DNA of 64,000 bases from Paragordius varius (lineage: Eukaryota; Animalia; Nematomorpha): contig OZ176051.1 in assembly GCA_964247055.1 (NCBI GenBank), forward strand, positions 11,346,001 through 11,410,000. The letters are read 5' to 3'. Position 1 is the stretch's first letter; the number at the start of each line of letters is the position of its first letter. Position numbers and translations under genes: made by a program. This document shows, in pieces, positions 39,350-51,699 of this stretch. The notes below the pieces were generated by a model. The model did not search any database and had not been told where the DNA came from. It saw only the letters and a program-made list of their open reading frames with translations.

Positions 39350-41006
39350 GTTTATTATTGTGATGATGACCATATTTTTTACATATTAATTACATATTCT
39401 ATTTGGGTAGTAAACCTCGCTTTTTTGTTTCAAAGTCTGCATTTCAATTACTCCCAATTATCGTTTCATTTTTTATTATATATACCACAAGGATAATTTA
39501 AAAAAAGTATTTATAAAATATGTAATTTACATTTTATATTTTGCACAGAAAATGAATATTGTCATGTTTTAATGTGTGTCTTAGCCTTCTAATTATTAAT
39601 TAATTTATTTATTTATTTAAATATTTCCTACGTTTTGAATAAATACATATATATCAATTTTTTAATAAAAATATTTTAAATTGAAAACAACGGTACAGTT
39701 TTGCCATTAAATTTGATCTCTTAGCATCCTGATGCAAGATAATTATATTTTTGTAACCTTCATACTTATAATTTACTGAGCAACATTATAATTTATATAT
39801 ACAGTGAGTCCCTCCTATAATACCCCCTTATATGCGCTTTGAATGACCAGCACCCATAAACCAATTATTAAACTTTCTGATCATCATCAACTCTACCGCT
39901 TTTTATATAAGTTCATAAAGCAAAAAAAATTTGTCATTTTTTTCAATTCTTGTGGATTATTATAATATATTTAAGAAATAATATAAGAAAAATTTAATAA
40001 AAAAAATGAAAAATTCTTTAAAAATTATGATGACCAATGTTAGTTTCATGTAACCGGGGTAATTATGCAAGGTTTATTATATTTATTAAATAGAATGATT
40101 GCCATATAATAACTTGAACAGTTTATAAGAATTTAATGTTTGTCACGCCCAGATATAGATTGGGCTAAAATATTTTTCTACAATAGAGCATAAGATTCGT
40201 GCAAATATTATAAATAGTTTAGGCATATTTTATTGAAGAGTAAAAATTATCCTTTCATTGTTTTCATTAGCTCCATTATTTCTATTATCATTTTGTCCAT
40301 GCTTAAACTAACTGTTTTTCCTTATTTGAGTAATTGTTATATTATCATAAAGTGAGCCAATCACAACTTACAAAAATTATAAATCTTATTAAGCAAATGT
40401 AGATATCATTTTTAAACGTAAGTGATTATTTTTTAATTTAATTTTTATTGTATTATAATATATATATATATATATATTATATTTCTTAACTCCTGATGAT
40501 GCCTTTGACGAAAATTTAACAACCAATGAATTATAATTTATATGTACGTTATTTTACGACGATTTCCATATCGTTCACAATAGAAGTTGTCGTTATCCAC
40601 TCAAGAAAATTCCAATTTCTATCGGAACTTTGTTTAAAATAATTTTTAGGGACTTCATAAGATAAAAGTGGCCCGATTATTAACGGCGCTCTAAATATAT
40701 GCATTTTCATGCAGCTAGGCTACAATTAGCACGCCAGGCTTAAACCAAGGGCTTTCAAAGATATTAAAAATGGCACCTGAAATATAATTTTCGTGAGTCT
40801 TATAAGTTTTCGAAAAATGCGTATAAACCATGATTTATATTATGTAGCATATGTGTATATATATAGACTAAACAATCAGAAGCTTATTAAGATAGATTTG
40901 AGTATATTCATAGCCTGTGAATAAGTTTTTCCTTCATATATTGCACAAAAAGATTCTGATGTAATAGATGAATTAAATAAATGTATCAGGATTGTTTGGT
41001 TATAGG

Positions 41007-43411
41007 TAAGGTGACCAGACGTCCCGCTTTTGGCGGGACAGTCCCGCTTTCTCACACTTTGTCCCGCGTCCCGCTGCGTTTTTGAAATGTCCCGCTTTTT
41101 CACGATTATAAATTTTTTTTTAAATACATTTAAATTTATTATAAAAAATTTATTTATCCGTTTAAATTTTTTATCATTAGTTATCTTTAAAATCTATATT
41201 AATTTTAAATTGAGATTTTTTATTTTTAAATTAAAATATTTATTTTTTTCGAATGTATATCATATGATTATACATTTTGGTTCCTAATCCTACTGCCAAC
41301 ATTATCAAAATACAAATAAATACCACAAATCGGTAGCTTATACGTTTACTCCAAAAAATTAAGGTAATAAAATATTTTTTTATACTAATATTTTAGTTAT
41401 AATACCTGCCAACATTAGCAAAAAGACAAATTAATACAACAAATCGGTAGCTTATACGTTTACTCCAGAAAATTAAGGCAATATAATATTTTTTTATCCT
41501 ATATTAATTTGAAAATATGAGTACAAAAAGAGGTTGTAAATTCAACGATAAATTAATGAAAGAATTTCCTTTTATCAAAAAAACGAAGAATGAATCATTT
41601 GTTAAATGTTCTTTATGCGAGGGGGAATTCACCCTAGCACATGGCGGCAAGCATGATATTACAAAGCATATGAAAACACAGAAACATAAACAATGTTTAG
41701 ATATGGCGGCATCATCTTACAAAATGGCGATTTTAAACCGCTTTCGGAGAAAGAAGAAAAGAATTTGGGACTAGCCGAATGCGTTTTATCTTTTCACGCC
41801 GTTAATCACAATCATTCCTGTAGATCTATGGAATGTACCTCACAGGTTATTCGTGCCCGTACAAAGGCTGAAGCCATTGTATGCAATGTCCTTTTGTCAC
41901 ATGCATTTTCTGAAATACAAAAAGTTTTGCTGACTGATGTATCAAATCAGGAAACAAAATTATTTCCCACTTTAATGAGATATATTGATTCAGAAACCGG
42001 AGTTTAATTAAAATTTATTTTATTTCTCTACCCGTTGTAAATTTCGACATAATTTTTACTTCAATAATGAATATTCTAGAAAAAATAATGACGAAATCAT
42101 CGCATGCGCTGTCAACACCAATACGAACTTCGGTAGAAAAGCAAGGAGGGGAACAAAAAATAATTTTCATAAATTACCAGATAATCTTAATCAAAACATT
42201 ATTGACGTTGGGTGTGCAGCGCAAACGCTAAAAAGCTGCTGATTTGTTACCCCTAGATGTGAAAAATGAAGTTGTTAAAATATATTTCTAATTTTATATA
42301 CACGGTACGAGTTGAAACGCTTAAGGAATTCTGTGAAAATGCAGAAGTTCAATATCAAAAAATGCTTGGATATTGTAAAACTCGTTGAGCTCTTCTGCCA
42401 GCTCTCGAAACAATTTTAATAATATCCTTTAAAATCGTTTTTTTTCACAGGACAAACTTTGGAAAAGTTTTTTAAAAGTGATCTTCAAAAATATGGTTAA
42501 AGTTCCTACATAATCAAGCTTCTCTCTTTCAACATGTTATTAAATTGATAGAAGGTGACAAAAATTCGGGAATCGAAATAGCCAATGTAGTTAGTAACCG
42601 GAAATTCCAATGTCAAGAAAGGAAAATAATTTTTATCAGTAACCATCCGCAATATTATATATAAGTTAGAAGAACAAGGCTTAATAAATCCCCAAGATAT
42701 CCTTCCCCATATAAAAATGTTTTATACAAGCTGTAGATCATTTGGAAGACTGGACGGTGCAATTCAATGAAATCGATCATTTTAATTGGAGAACATTAAA
42801 ACCAGAATTTAATTGGTGCGATGTTCAAAAATCATTTGGTTATATCTGCATCTCCCGAAAATTCCCAAAAAGTAACCTTTTAGAAAATGATCTTTTTTCA
42901 GAAGTATCATTAGTTATAAAATATATTAATAATGAATAAATTATGGACAACCGAAAAAAATACAGTAGAAAAGAAATGGTTAGAAATGTTTCATCATTTT
43001 GAAACAAACTATGTTCCATAAAATAATATTTTAAAAATTGTGTAATTTGCACTATCTTTACTTGGAACCAACGCTGCTACTGAGCGCGTTTTTTCCACAG
43101 TAAATCAGATCTGGACATCGGAAAAATTAAATTTAAATGTTAAAACTTTAAAGGCCATTTTATCTGTCAAATATAATTTGACAAATTCTTGTGAAGATTT
43201 CTACAATATTTTAAAAAATTATGACAATCTGCTAAAAAGCATTCACTCAACCAAGGAATAAAATATTTTTTATATTTATAATGTATTTGTGTTAAAAATA
43301 AATAAATATTACAATAAATTTTTTGTATAAAAATTTTTGGTTGTACCCCCCTCCACGCCCCCCTTTCTCTGAGTTGTCCCGCTTTTTCCCTCAAAAAATC
43401 TGGTCTCCTTA
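41007..43411 (+). mobile_element. Full-length but inactivated hAT transposon (2405 bp)
   Basis: TIR TAAGGTGACCAGA / TCTGGTCTCCTTA (one mismatch) with an exact 8-bp TSD GTTATAGG at 40999-41006 and 43412-43419. It has GTCCCGC subterminal repeats, a zinc-finger-like N-terminus (CSLC...HGG.HDITKH..T.KH) and the hATC motif GTNAATERVFS. The reading frame is broken. Confidence 0.95.
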
Positions 43412-43809
43412 GTTATAGGGTATGCGAATCATTTTGTTGTTGACTGACACTTTATCTATCACATTTTACATTCAATCTTTATCATAATATAAGGTGCCTC
43501 ATTTTTATTACTGGGCATTGCATGTTATAGTCATAATTTATAAATATTAACAAAAAATTAAGACGACTACTTTGTTTTATATAAACTGCATCAAAAATCG
43601 GGGTGAGTGATCAATACATATATTCTGAAAACAAGATTATCATGTGGGTTTGGCCTCTAAGAGCGAGAAACCTTTTGTAGTAGATGCTGCATATATCAAA
43701 ATGCCAATTTTTTTTCACTTCCTATTAAGCAAAATTTTTTGGTGAATAAAACATTTTTGCAAATATTGTGCTTTTTTAAATTTAACGCTAATATAAAGTT
43801 AATATTTTA

Positions 43810-44352
43810 TTAACACCTCGATTCGAATTGGGGTATAAATACCCCAAATATATAGATTGATGTTTTTAAAATACTAATGATAGAAGCGCTTCCAATTTAA
43901 ATTTATGCTTATATCCCAATAAAAATAATATAAATAAGCCAAAATATATAAATAGAATTTAGTATTGAAAAAAAAGTTCCGTATCAAACTACTTGTAATC
44001 CATTTTTATTTTACAACATTTTTGAAAAATACCGTATTTTGATTTTAAGCCTAAAATTAAGTTTTAAGATTACATTTAACATTGATATAAATAGAAAATA
44101 TATATTTTGCATTTTTGTATGAAGCTTATGCACGCATGTTATAAATTTTTACCTCTGGTTTTTACCTCTAAGTAATATCAAGTCTTTTTGAATAAATTTT
44201 TTATTATATTTCGGTTTATTAATGTTATATAAGTGCAGACTTTTACCATGGTTTCAATTTATTTCATATCTTTTGAATATTTAATTTTAAACAAGCCTGA
44301 GGTATCTAACTACCCCTATTTGAATCGAAGGACTGAAATGAATGTGTTTGAA
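43810..44352 (+). mobile_element. TTAA-flanked piggyBac-like non-autonomous element, copy 1 (right tip degraded)
   Basis: TTAACACCTCGATTCGAATTGGGGTA ... TACCCCTATTTGAATCGAAG; collinear with the copies at 46236 and 62675. Confidence 0.7.
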
Positions 44353-44503
44353 AATAACATTCAACAAAATTTGTTTAGTTTATGGCTAAATTTTTACCTT
44401 TAATCCATAAAATACTAATCAATATTTGAATTAATCTTTCTTTTCTTCATTTTAGTGCATCAATAAGTGTTAAAGTCAAATAATCAAAAAATTATATAAA
44501 CAT

Positions 44504-47500
44504 ATGGAGGAACGTCAATATGGTTTACTCGACGCTAAAGGCGAGAAAATTTCGCTTAAGCTAAAACACACCTCTAAACCCTTAAATATTAATTTACCAA
44601 AAGAGGTTTTTTAATAAATATAATTACAGGATATTGGTAAAGAAACATATGATTATCCTAAGATAAAATATAAAGCCCAGGAGGTATGATTTTGTACCTA
44701 ATTATTATATTTGATTTAGATAAAAGGACTTTTGGAAGATAAATCAATATATGAATATGATGCTTTATATGACGAAATCAAACAAAAGGTGGATGAAGAA
44801 AAATCTCAAAAGATTGCTGAATCCAGATCTAATATTGTTAGATTTTACTTATGATATTTAACGCCTAAATAGTCAAAACAATTTTTTCAAAAATACTTTT
44901 TTGCACAAATTACAAACTTTTATCCGTCTTTTTAATCTGTATCAAAACGAAATAATTACATTAATTTTTTCAGTTCTTTTCCTATTTTACAATTATTACA
45001 TAATATAATGCATGAAAATGATTTGGTACACATTTTTTTGTAAATAGTATTGCACAAAAATTTTATATTTTACAAAACAAAAAAGGGTTGTCACAATATT
45101 AGTATGCACAAATACAGGTTGGACTGTATTTTTAAATTGATAATAATATACGAAATCAATTGTTTTTATAAAGTGTATCCGTGCTATAAATAATGGTATT
45201 AAATTAATAACGTCTAAGATTTTTATGGTGCATAAACATTTTCAAGGGCATGTGAAATAAAAATCGCCATGTATTCGAAATATTTTCTGATTTATTTGGA
45301 GGAAGGCTTTCACACATATTGCTTAATTTTTTAACATTGATATTAAACATATTCAAAAATCATTATAACTTCAAAACTTAATAAAACTTAAAAAAAATAA
45401 ATTTTCAAAGGCAATCCTATAATAAAACCTATCGGAATGCAAATAAAGAAATGAGATCTAGATTAATTATATATATAAAAATCAAACTCTTTAAGTGTAC
45501 CAATGTCTGCACTCTAATTTTTATGTTTTGTGATTATATTTTTAATTTTGACAATTTTAATTTATTTTAGCCCAAGTACATGGGTAAACTTTTGGAAGCG
45601 GCTAAACGGCGACAAATCCAACATGAAAAATGGCAAGAATCCCGAATAGCTAAAGAGCGGGAGGCCGAGGGCGACCAGTTTAAGGATAAAGAAATTTTTA
45701 TCACGTCAACCTACAAACAACAAATGGATGAGATTGCTCTTAAACGGCAACAAGAAACTCAAGCCGAAAATGCTGAAAGTATGTAACATAATATATTACT
45801 ATAGAATGGGAAATTAGATTGTATTTTATGGTTTTTGACCTATTTTCAATTATTTTACATAATTTTAAACTGTATATTTTTTTTAATTTCTTAAAATTTT
45901 GGACATTTATAAGATTTTAACACCTATAAGTATGATGTTTCATTTGCAAATCCAAGGGTAAACTATGATGAATTACTGCTTAACATTTAGTTTAAGCCGT
46001 AAAATTAAAAGCAAATTATATGTATTTATTTTTATAAAGCAAGAAAAATTTTGAAATTTTAGTTTGATAGTTTGAATCTAAAATTGTCACTGAGAATTCA
46101 ATAACCAGGTTTAAAAAATATGAATCTGAGGGCTTTTTCCTTTAATATGATCGTTTTATGATATATTGTATAAAAATAAGATATGGTTTAACATGACATT
46201 TTTTTATTTACATTTAGTTATTTAAATTATTTAGATTAACACTTCGATTCAAATTGGGGTATCCAATTACCCCAGACTAAATATAATTTAGGATTTTTAT
46301 AAAACTACTGAAGGAAACGGTCTTAATTTAAATTTATGCTTCTATCCTAATAAAAATTATATAAATATACCAAAATATCTAAATAAAATTTTGTTTTGAA
46401 AAAAGTTTCATGTCAAACTACTTGGACGCCATTTTTATTTTCTAAAATTTTTGCAAAATATCGTCTTCATTTAATTTTAAAGGTAAATGTAAAGCTAATT
46501 TATTATTTAAATTATATCTAACATTGATAGAAATAGAAAAAGCTGTTTAATTTGTATTATTTTTCAATTTTACCATTGCACGCATATCACGTTGACTTAA
46601 TTTTTACCTTTCGGTTTTAGCTCAAAATAAGTAATATGAAGTATTTTTGAATAAAATTTTTTATATATTTCGGTTTATTAATGTTATATAAGTGCACGTT
46701 TTTGCCATGGTTTCGATAACTTCCATATTTTTTAAAGAATTTAATTTTAAACAGGCCTGGGGTATTTAACTACCCCAATTTGAATCGAAGGACTAAAATG
46801 AATGTGTCGTATCCAAGTGTTATATTGATAAAAATATATTTGCATACCTTTGTTATTTTCATTAACTTAATTTTTATATTTGACATCCTTTATTATAGCC
46901 TGGTTAAATTTGTATGCATTCACATTACACCTATTTAGATCATATATTATTGATTGTAAATTTAGTTATTAATTTTTAACAGTTTTTTACGTTTTAATCA
47001 TATCATAGTGCTTTTATTTTGATAATAATGTTTAATTTATTGGCAAGTTGCTTTTTTTAACAAACTTTCTTCACACTATATATTAAAGTTTTGACACTTT
47101 TTAGAAAATTAATGATTGAAACAATCATTTTTGTTATAAATTATTCATTATTCTAATTACAAAAATGCAATTTTTATATATTTTTAAATGTCTAATATAG
47201 AAAAAGAACGTGAAAATATGACTTATTTTAAATTCTACAACAATATCTACAAACAAAGATATGGGGAAATACTAGATAATAAACAAGGTCATAAATTAAT
47301 CGAGAACCCCAATGAAAAAAATGACAATCAAACCGAGCTTAATAAGAAAATCAATGCTGATGAAAACAAAAAGTACGTGAATGTATAAATAAATTTATAA
47401 AGACAAACGAAAAGTAAAAATAATTTTTGACAAAAGAATAGAGACATAAGTTAAACATTTGGAAATAAAATACCCCAATTACAGATTTCTTTAATATAAA

Positions 47501-50425
47501 TATATTAATCTTTTACTTTTAATATTACATTTTAAATAAAACATAATTATAATCATTTTATTTTAAATTGCTTGGTATTGTTTTAAGAAGTATCCTATAT
47601 TATGTATCGATCTATTGATCTTACCAATTTTTATTAACACACACCCACAATGATTTGCTTTTTAGTTCAAATGTAACAAATATGGATATGAATGCTAATA
47701 TTAGGAACAGTAGCCCAAATAATGTAAAAGAAAAAAATAAAAACTCCCCCATAGTAGTGACCCCTGAAAAAACAAGCGAAAATGAATATCAAGTCCCTGA
47801 ATACGATAGTTCTGAGGAGGAAGGCCGGAGAAAGCACGTTAATTTGCGATATGGCTTAAATATACCTGAAGGATACGTTAATAAATTAGCACCTGATGGT
47901 AAAAATTTTCTTTGGGAACTCTTAATAAATAATATTATGTAAAGTGACAAAATGTAAAAATTAAAATATTTTTTTATCTTTTTTTTTCAACATTCGTATT
48001 TTGTGATTCAAACCGATAATTAGATTTTAAATAAGCAAGATTATAATATTATGGTTTTCTTTTTAAAAATATTTGTCTTTTAGTTTTTGGGTTTTGTCTA
48101 TGTAATTTAATTTTCAATGTAAAACTCTGGAATATTTATGGATTTTTTATTTAAAAGTTAAACAAATTTTTTAGAATTATAATGATTTGATTAGGATAGT
48201 TAAAAAATATGCTTTTTTAATATTTATTATTAAATGTTGTTTTATTTGTAGCACAAATCTTTTCGGTTTCTTCCTATAATCTTTTAATCGGTAGTTGTAA
48301 ATAAGGCACGATCTTAGATTATAAAAAAGGCTTATATTCGACATCTGTTACTTTAAATTTGTTTTTATGCGATTATTATGATATATGATATTCATTAGTT
48401 AATTTATGGTTATTTTGGATTATAATACTTTTGTTTTTCATTAAAGGACCAATTTTTTTTGGTTTGGTTTAGTTTAAGAATTAGACGGTATTATATGGCC
48501 AAAGTTTTGATCATTCATTTATATAGTTATCATTTTGAAATTCATATTTATTGTCCATATATACCATCTACACTTCGAATTCACCCTTTAACAATTTAAT
48601 GCACCCTAGTACAATACAACACCCTTGAACAATTCAAATTCTCCCTAAAAATATATTGTGTGTTCTTTAACTAATATACTTCATTATTTATATGAATAAA
48701 TCTTTATTGAATAGTTTTTTATTTTAGTATTATTTATAATTTTAACAAAATTTTATTTTTTAAAAATATATTAGTCTCAAAAAAGATATAATTTATTTGA
48801 GGGTGAATTTGTTGGAGTGAGAATTTGAATTGTTTAAGGGTGATTTTGAATTGTAAATGGTATATCTTATGTTTCTTAACAATTATTATTTGTACCTTTT
48901 TATTTTGTTTTTAACCACTATCAAAATTAGTGGATTATGCTATGCAAAAACGATCCATATCACGAACCCCTTCACCCGAATTTAGATCTCCAATTCGTGA
49001 TAATAAAACTCACAATAAAAAGAGTAAAAAATCCAAACATACGCACACGCCTCAACACTATCATAAACCTGATAAACGAGGTATTTTAACTTTTAGTTTT
49101 ATCAATTTTTTTAAAAAAATGGCTACCGAATTAAAACATCAATTTTTTTAATGTGCATGAGTAAAAATATGAATATTCAATGTGATTATTGAATTTTTGT
49201 AACTTTAACGATAAAATTTCTTCCTTTAATTAATTATATTCATTTGATAAATGAGCATTTCATTACATCGTTATATTTAATGTGTTAAATTAAACTTAAG
49301 CGTTAAAATCATTTTTTGTAGGCTGGAACGGTGTTTAAACATTTATATAAAAAACTATATTTTTTATATATTTTTTACTCGAATTTAAATATGCTAATTA
49401 TCACATTATGATAAACGAATGCTTAATATCAAATTCAAGTGGTAAAAAGAGAAAAATGAGGATTTATATTTGCGCATTTTGGTTCAATATTTTCAAATTT
49501 CATATCACTTTTAAATATAAATTTTACGCAATATTTTTGCTCTATCATAGAAAAAACTTCACGAAAAGAACGTTACAGATCTAGGTCTACATCTCAGGAT
49601 TCTAAGAGGAATCAAGAAAGAAGGAAAATCAAAACCCATACTGAGTCAACCAAACATAATAAACATTCTTCTCATAAAGTGGATGACCGTCACCGCACTA
49701 CTTATAGGAAATCTCCTACACCAGTCAAAACGCAACACTCAGATTATGAACGTAAGGCATATGCTAAAGAACACAGTAGGGAGCCGTTAAACGAAAGAAA
49801 TGTTGATAAACACAAGTCTAAATCAAGTTACAGTAAGAATTAGATTGGTTTAAAAACATAATGAGTTAAATTTCAATACTCTTTTACTTGTTTTTACCTA
49901 TTTTACTTCTTATATGATTGCAATTATATGCTATAATATTGAGTTTTGTCTCTATCCTAAATATGGATTTTAAAGGGTATGGTATCTATAAGATAATAAA
50001 AATAAATATATTCGACCTTTACTTTGTATGTGGATGAATGTTTTGAGACCATTTTAATTTCATATACTGTATATGCAGATTCAAGTAAAAAACGGTTTCA
50101 TACCAATTCAAATCCAACAAGACATACTACAACGGATGATGAGGATGGTGATAGCGAAGTTGAACGTGAGACTCAACGCGAAAAAGAACTTGCTCGTGAA
50201 AGATTAATAACCATTTTTGCGCGGCGGAATGTGGATCCTGAAGCCATTGAAGAAAAGCGTCAAGCTTACCTACAAAGGCTGAAAAACATTCAACTGCGTG
50301 GTGGATTAGATCCAGGTTTTGAATCTTTGAATGTGTCATCTGTCACGAATACGATAGAATTCAGTGTGATACAAAAAGCCTTTGAAATGGAGAATGATGG
50401 GATGCCATTATTGCCATGTTCTTAA
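44504..50425 (+). CDS. NSRP1: Nuclear speckle splicing regulatory protein 1 (CCDC55, DUF2040)
   Basis: Exons 44504-44605, 44630-44683, 44720-44836, 45571-45778, 47201-47372, 47666-47898, 48931-49080, 49551-49832, 50079-50425 are all in phase. Motifs: RQYGL, EDKSIYEYDALYDEI, PKYMGKLLEAAKRR, EREAEGDQFKDKEIFITSTYK, an RS/K-rich middle, and FARRN...KRQAYLQR. Confidence 0.92.
46236..46823 (+). mobile_element. TTAA-flanked piggyBac-like non-autonomous element, copy 2 (NSRP1 intron)
   Basis: TTAACACTTCGATTCAAATTGGGGTA ... TACCCCAATTTGAATCGAAG-spacer-GTATCCAAGTGTTA. Confidence 0.75.
48558..48867. mobile_element. MITE, ATATACCAT...ATGGTATAT family (NSRP1 intron)
   Basis: Clear inverted termini with repeated CACCC/GGGTG subterminal units. 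Confidence 0.7.
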
Positions 50426-50549
50426 CGATAAAAAAATTATTTATTTGTTATTTTAATATTATATTCTGTACATCTACATTATATTATATGTACATTATCA
50501 AATTAATGAAATAGCAATAAAATGTAATACACTACCCTTCGTATTATGT

Positions 50550-50782
50550 ACGATTTACAATTCAAATTCACCCAAATGTGTTTTTGTGCTAATATAACTC
50601 AATTAATATGAAATATATCTTTATGGCTTAGTTTATTGATTTTTCAGTATAATTTTAATTCTAAACAAAAATTTTCAAAAATATATAAGAAATGTAATTT
50701 TAAAAACACATAATTTATTTTAGGGTGAATTTAAATTGTTTGAGGGTGAATTTAAGTTTGAAGGTGAATTTGAATTAATTTT
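50550..50782. mobile_element. MITE of the same family, termini eroded
   Basis: tttacaattcaaattcaccc at the left and three gggtgaattt units at the right; the interior matches 712-939. Confidence 0.6.
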
Positions 50783-51699
50783 ATTACCTGAAAGTATAAT
50801 TGTCTGATATTTAAACTACTTACTATTTTGCAGCGGAAAGAATTAAGATGGCTGCATAGAATATACCCATAGATATCCATATTCATTTTATTTTAATCGT
50901 TACGAATACATAATAAAGTTGTCATATATAGATAATTACTACCCTCAAAATATAAAATGAATTGAAAACGTTGGTGACAGGGCTCAAATACGGAAAATCT
51001 AGTTTAATATTTCGGGAATGAGGCGAGTTTATTTTTTCGTACCCACATGTAAAAATACTTTTAATGTTGCAAAACATCTGTACTGATAAGTGATACAGCC
51101 AACCTTATGTGATGGGATTAAGGATGAATTTCGATATATTATAGTTTTATATCACTGTCTTAATCGCAAATTAAACAATCACCTTGATTAAAATTATATA
51201 AGCTATTAATATGGTTATATTAAAATTCATGTTTATTAAAAAAAAACAAAAATATGTGTCGCCACTAAAAAAATTTGAGGAGGCAGTTTTATGTTTACGA
51301 TCGACAAAGATTTTTAATAGTAATCAAAAAAAATTTTAAATATATATTCATTATTTCCGAATACATGATTCCATATAATAAGAATTAATATTTTGCTCAA
51401 ATCGTCATAAGCTTCAAATATTATTACATTTTCTTATCATTAAATTACTTAAAACAGCAAGTTCGCACTTTGCTATATTGGAGGCAAATTTTTATATCAT
51501 AGTATCTAACCCGAGTAGCTTTAAATAAAAATATCTTTTAAAAAAAATCGCAGTTAAAATAAAAAGATTGGAAAATTCTGAATTATGCTACTATTTTTTA
51601 CATTTTTTGGTATTACGCGAAGAGGGTCTTTTGTAGAATCAATCTTTATAAAAATACTGTTAAGTTTAATAATTTACCGTTTTTTTAAAAAATTGGTAG

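Noticed and set aside
40876-41287. ORFs 40876..41103 (-) and 41030..41287 (+)
   Set aside because: They arise from the hAT terminal and subterminal repeats and AT-rich flanks. An ORF reconstructed across the empty insertion site has no recognisable homology.
43494-43740. Possible short-intron exon chain with a strong GTGAGT donor at 43603 (33-nt intron)
   Set aside because: No consistent start codon or identity could be built; it may be UTR or chance.
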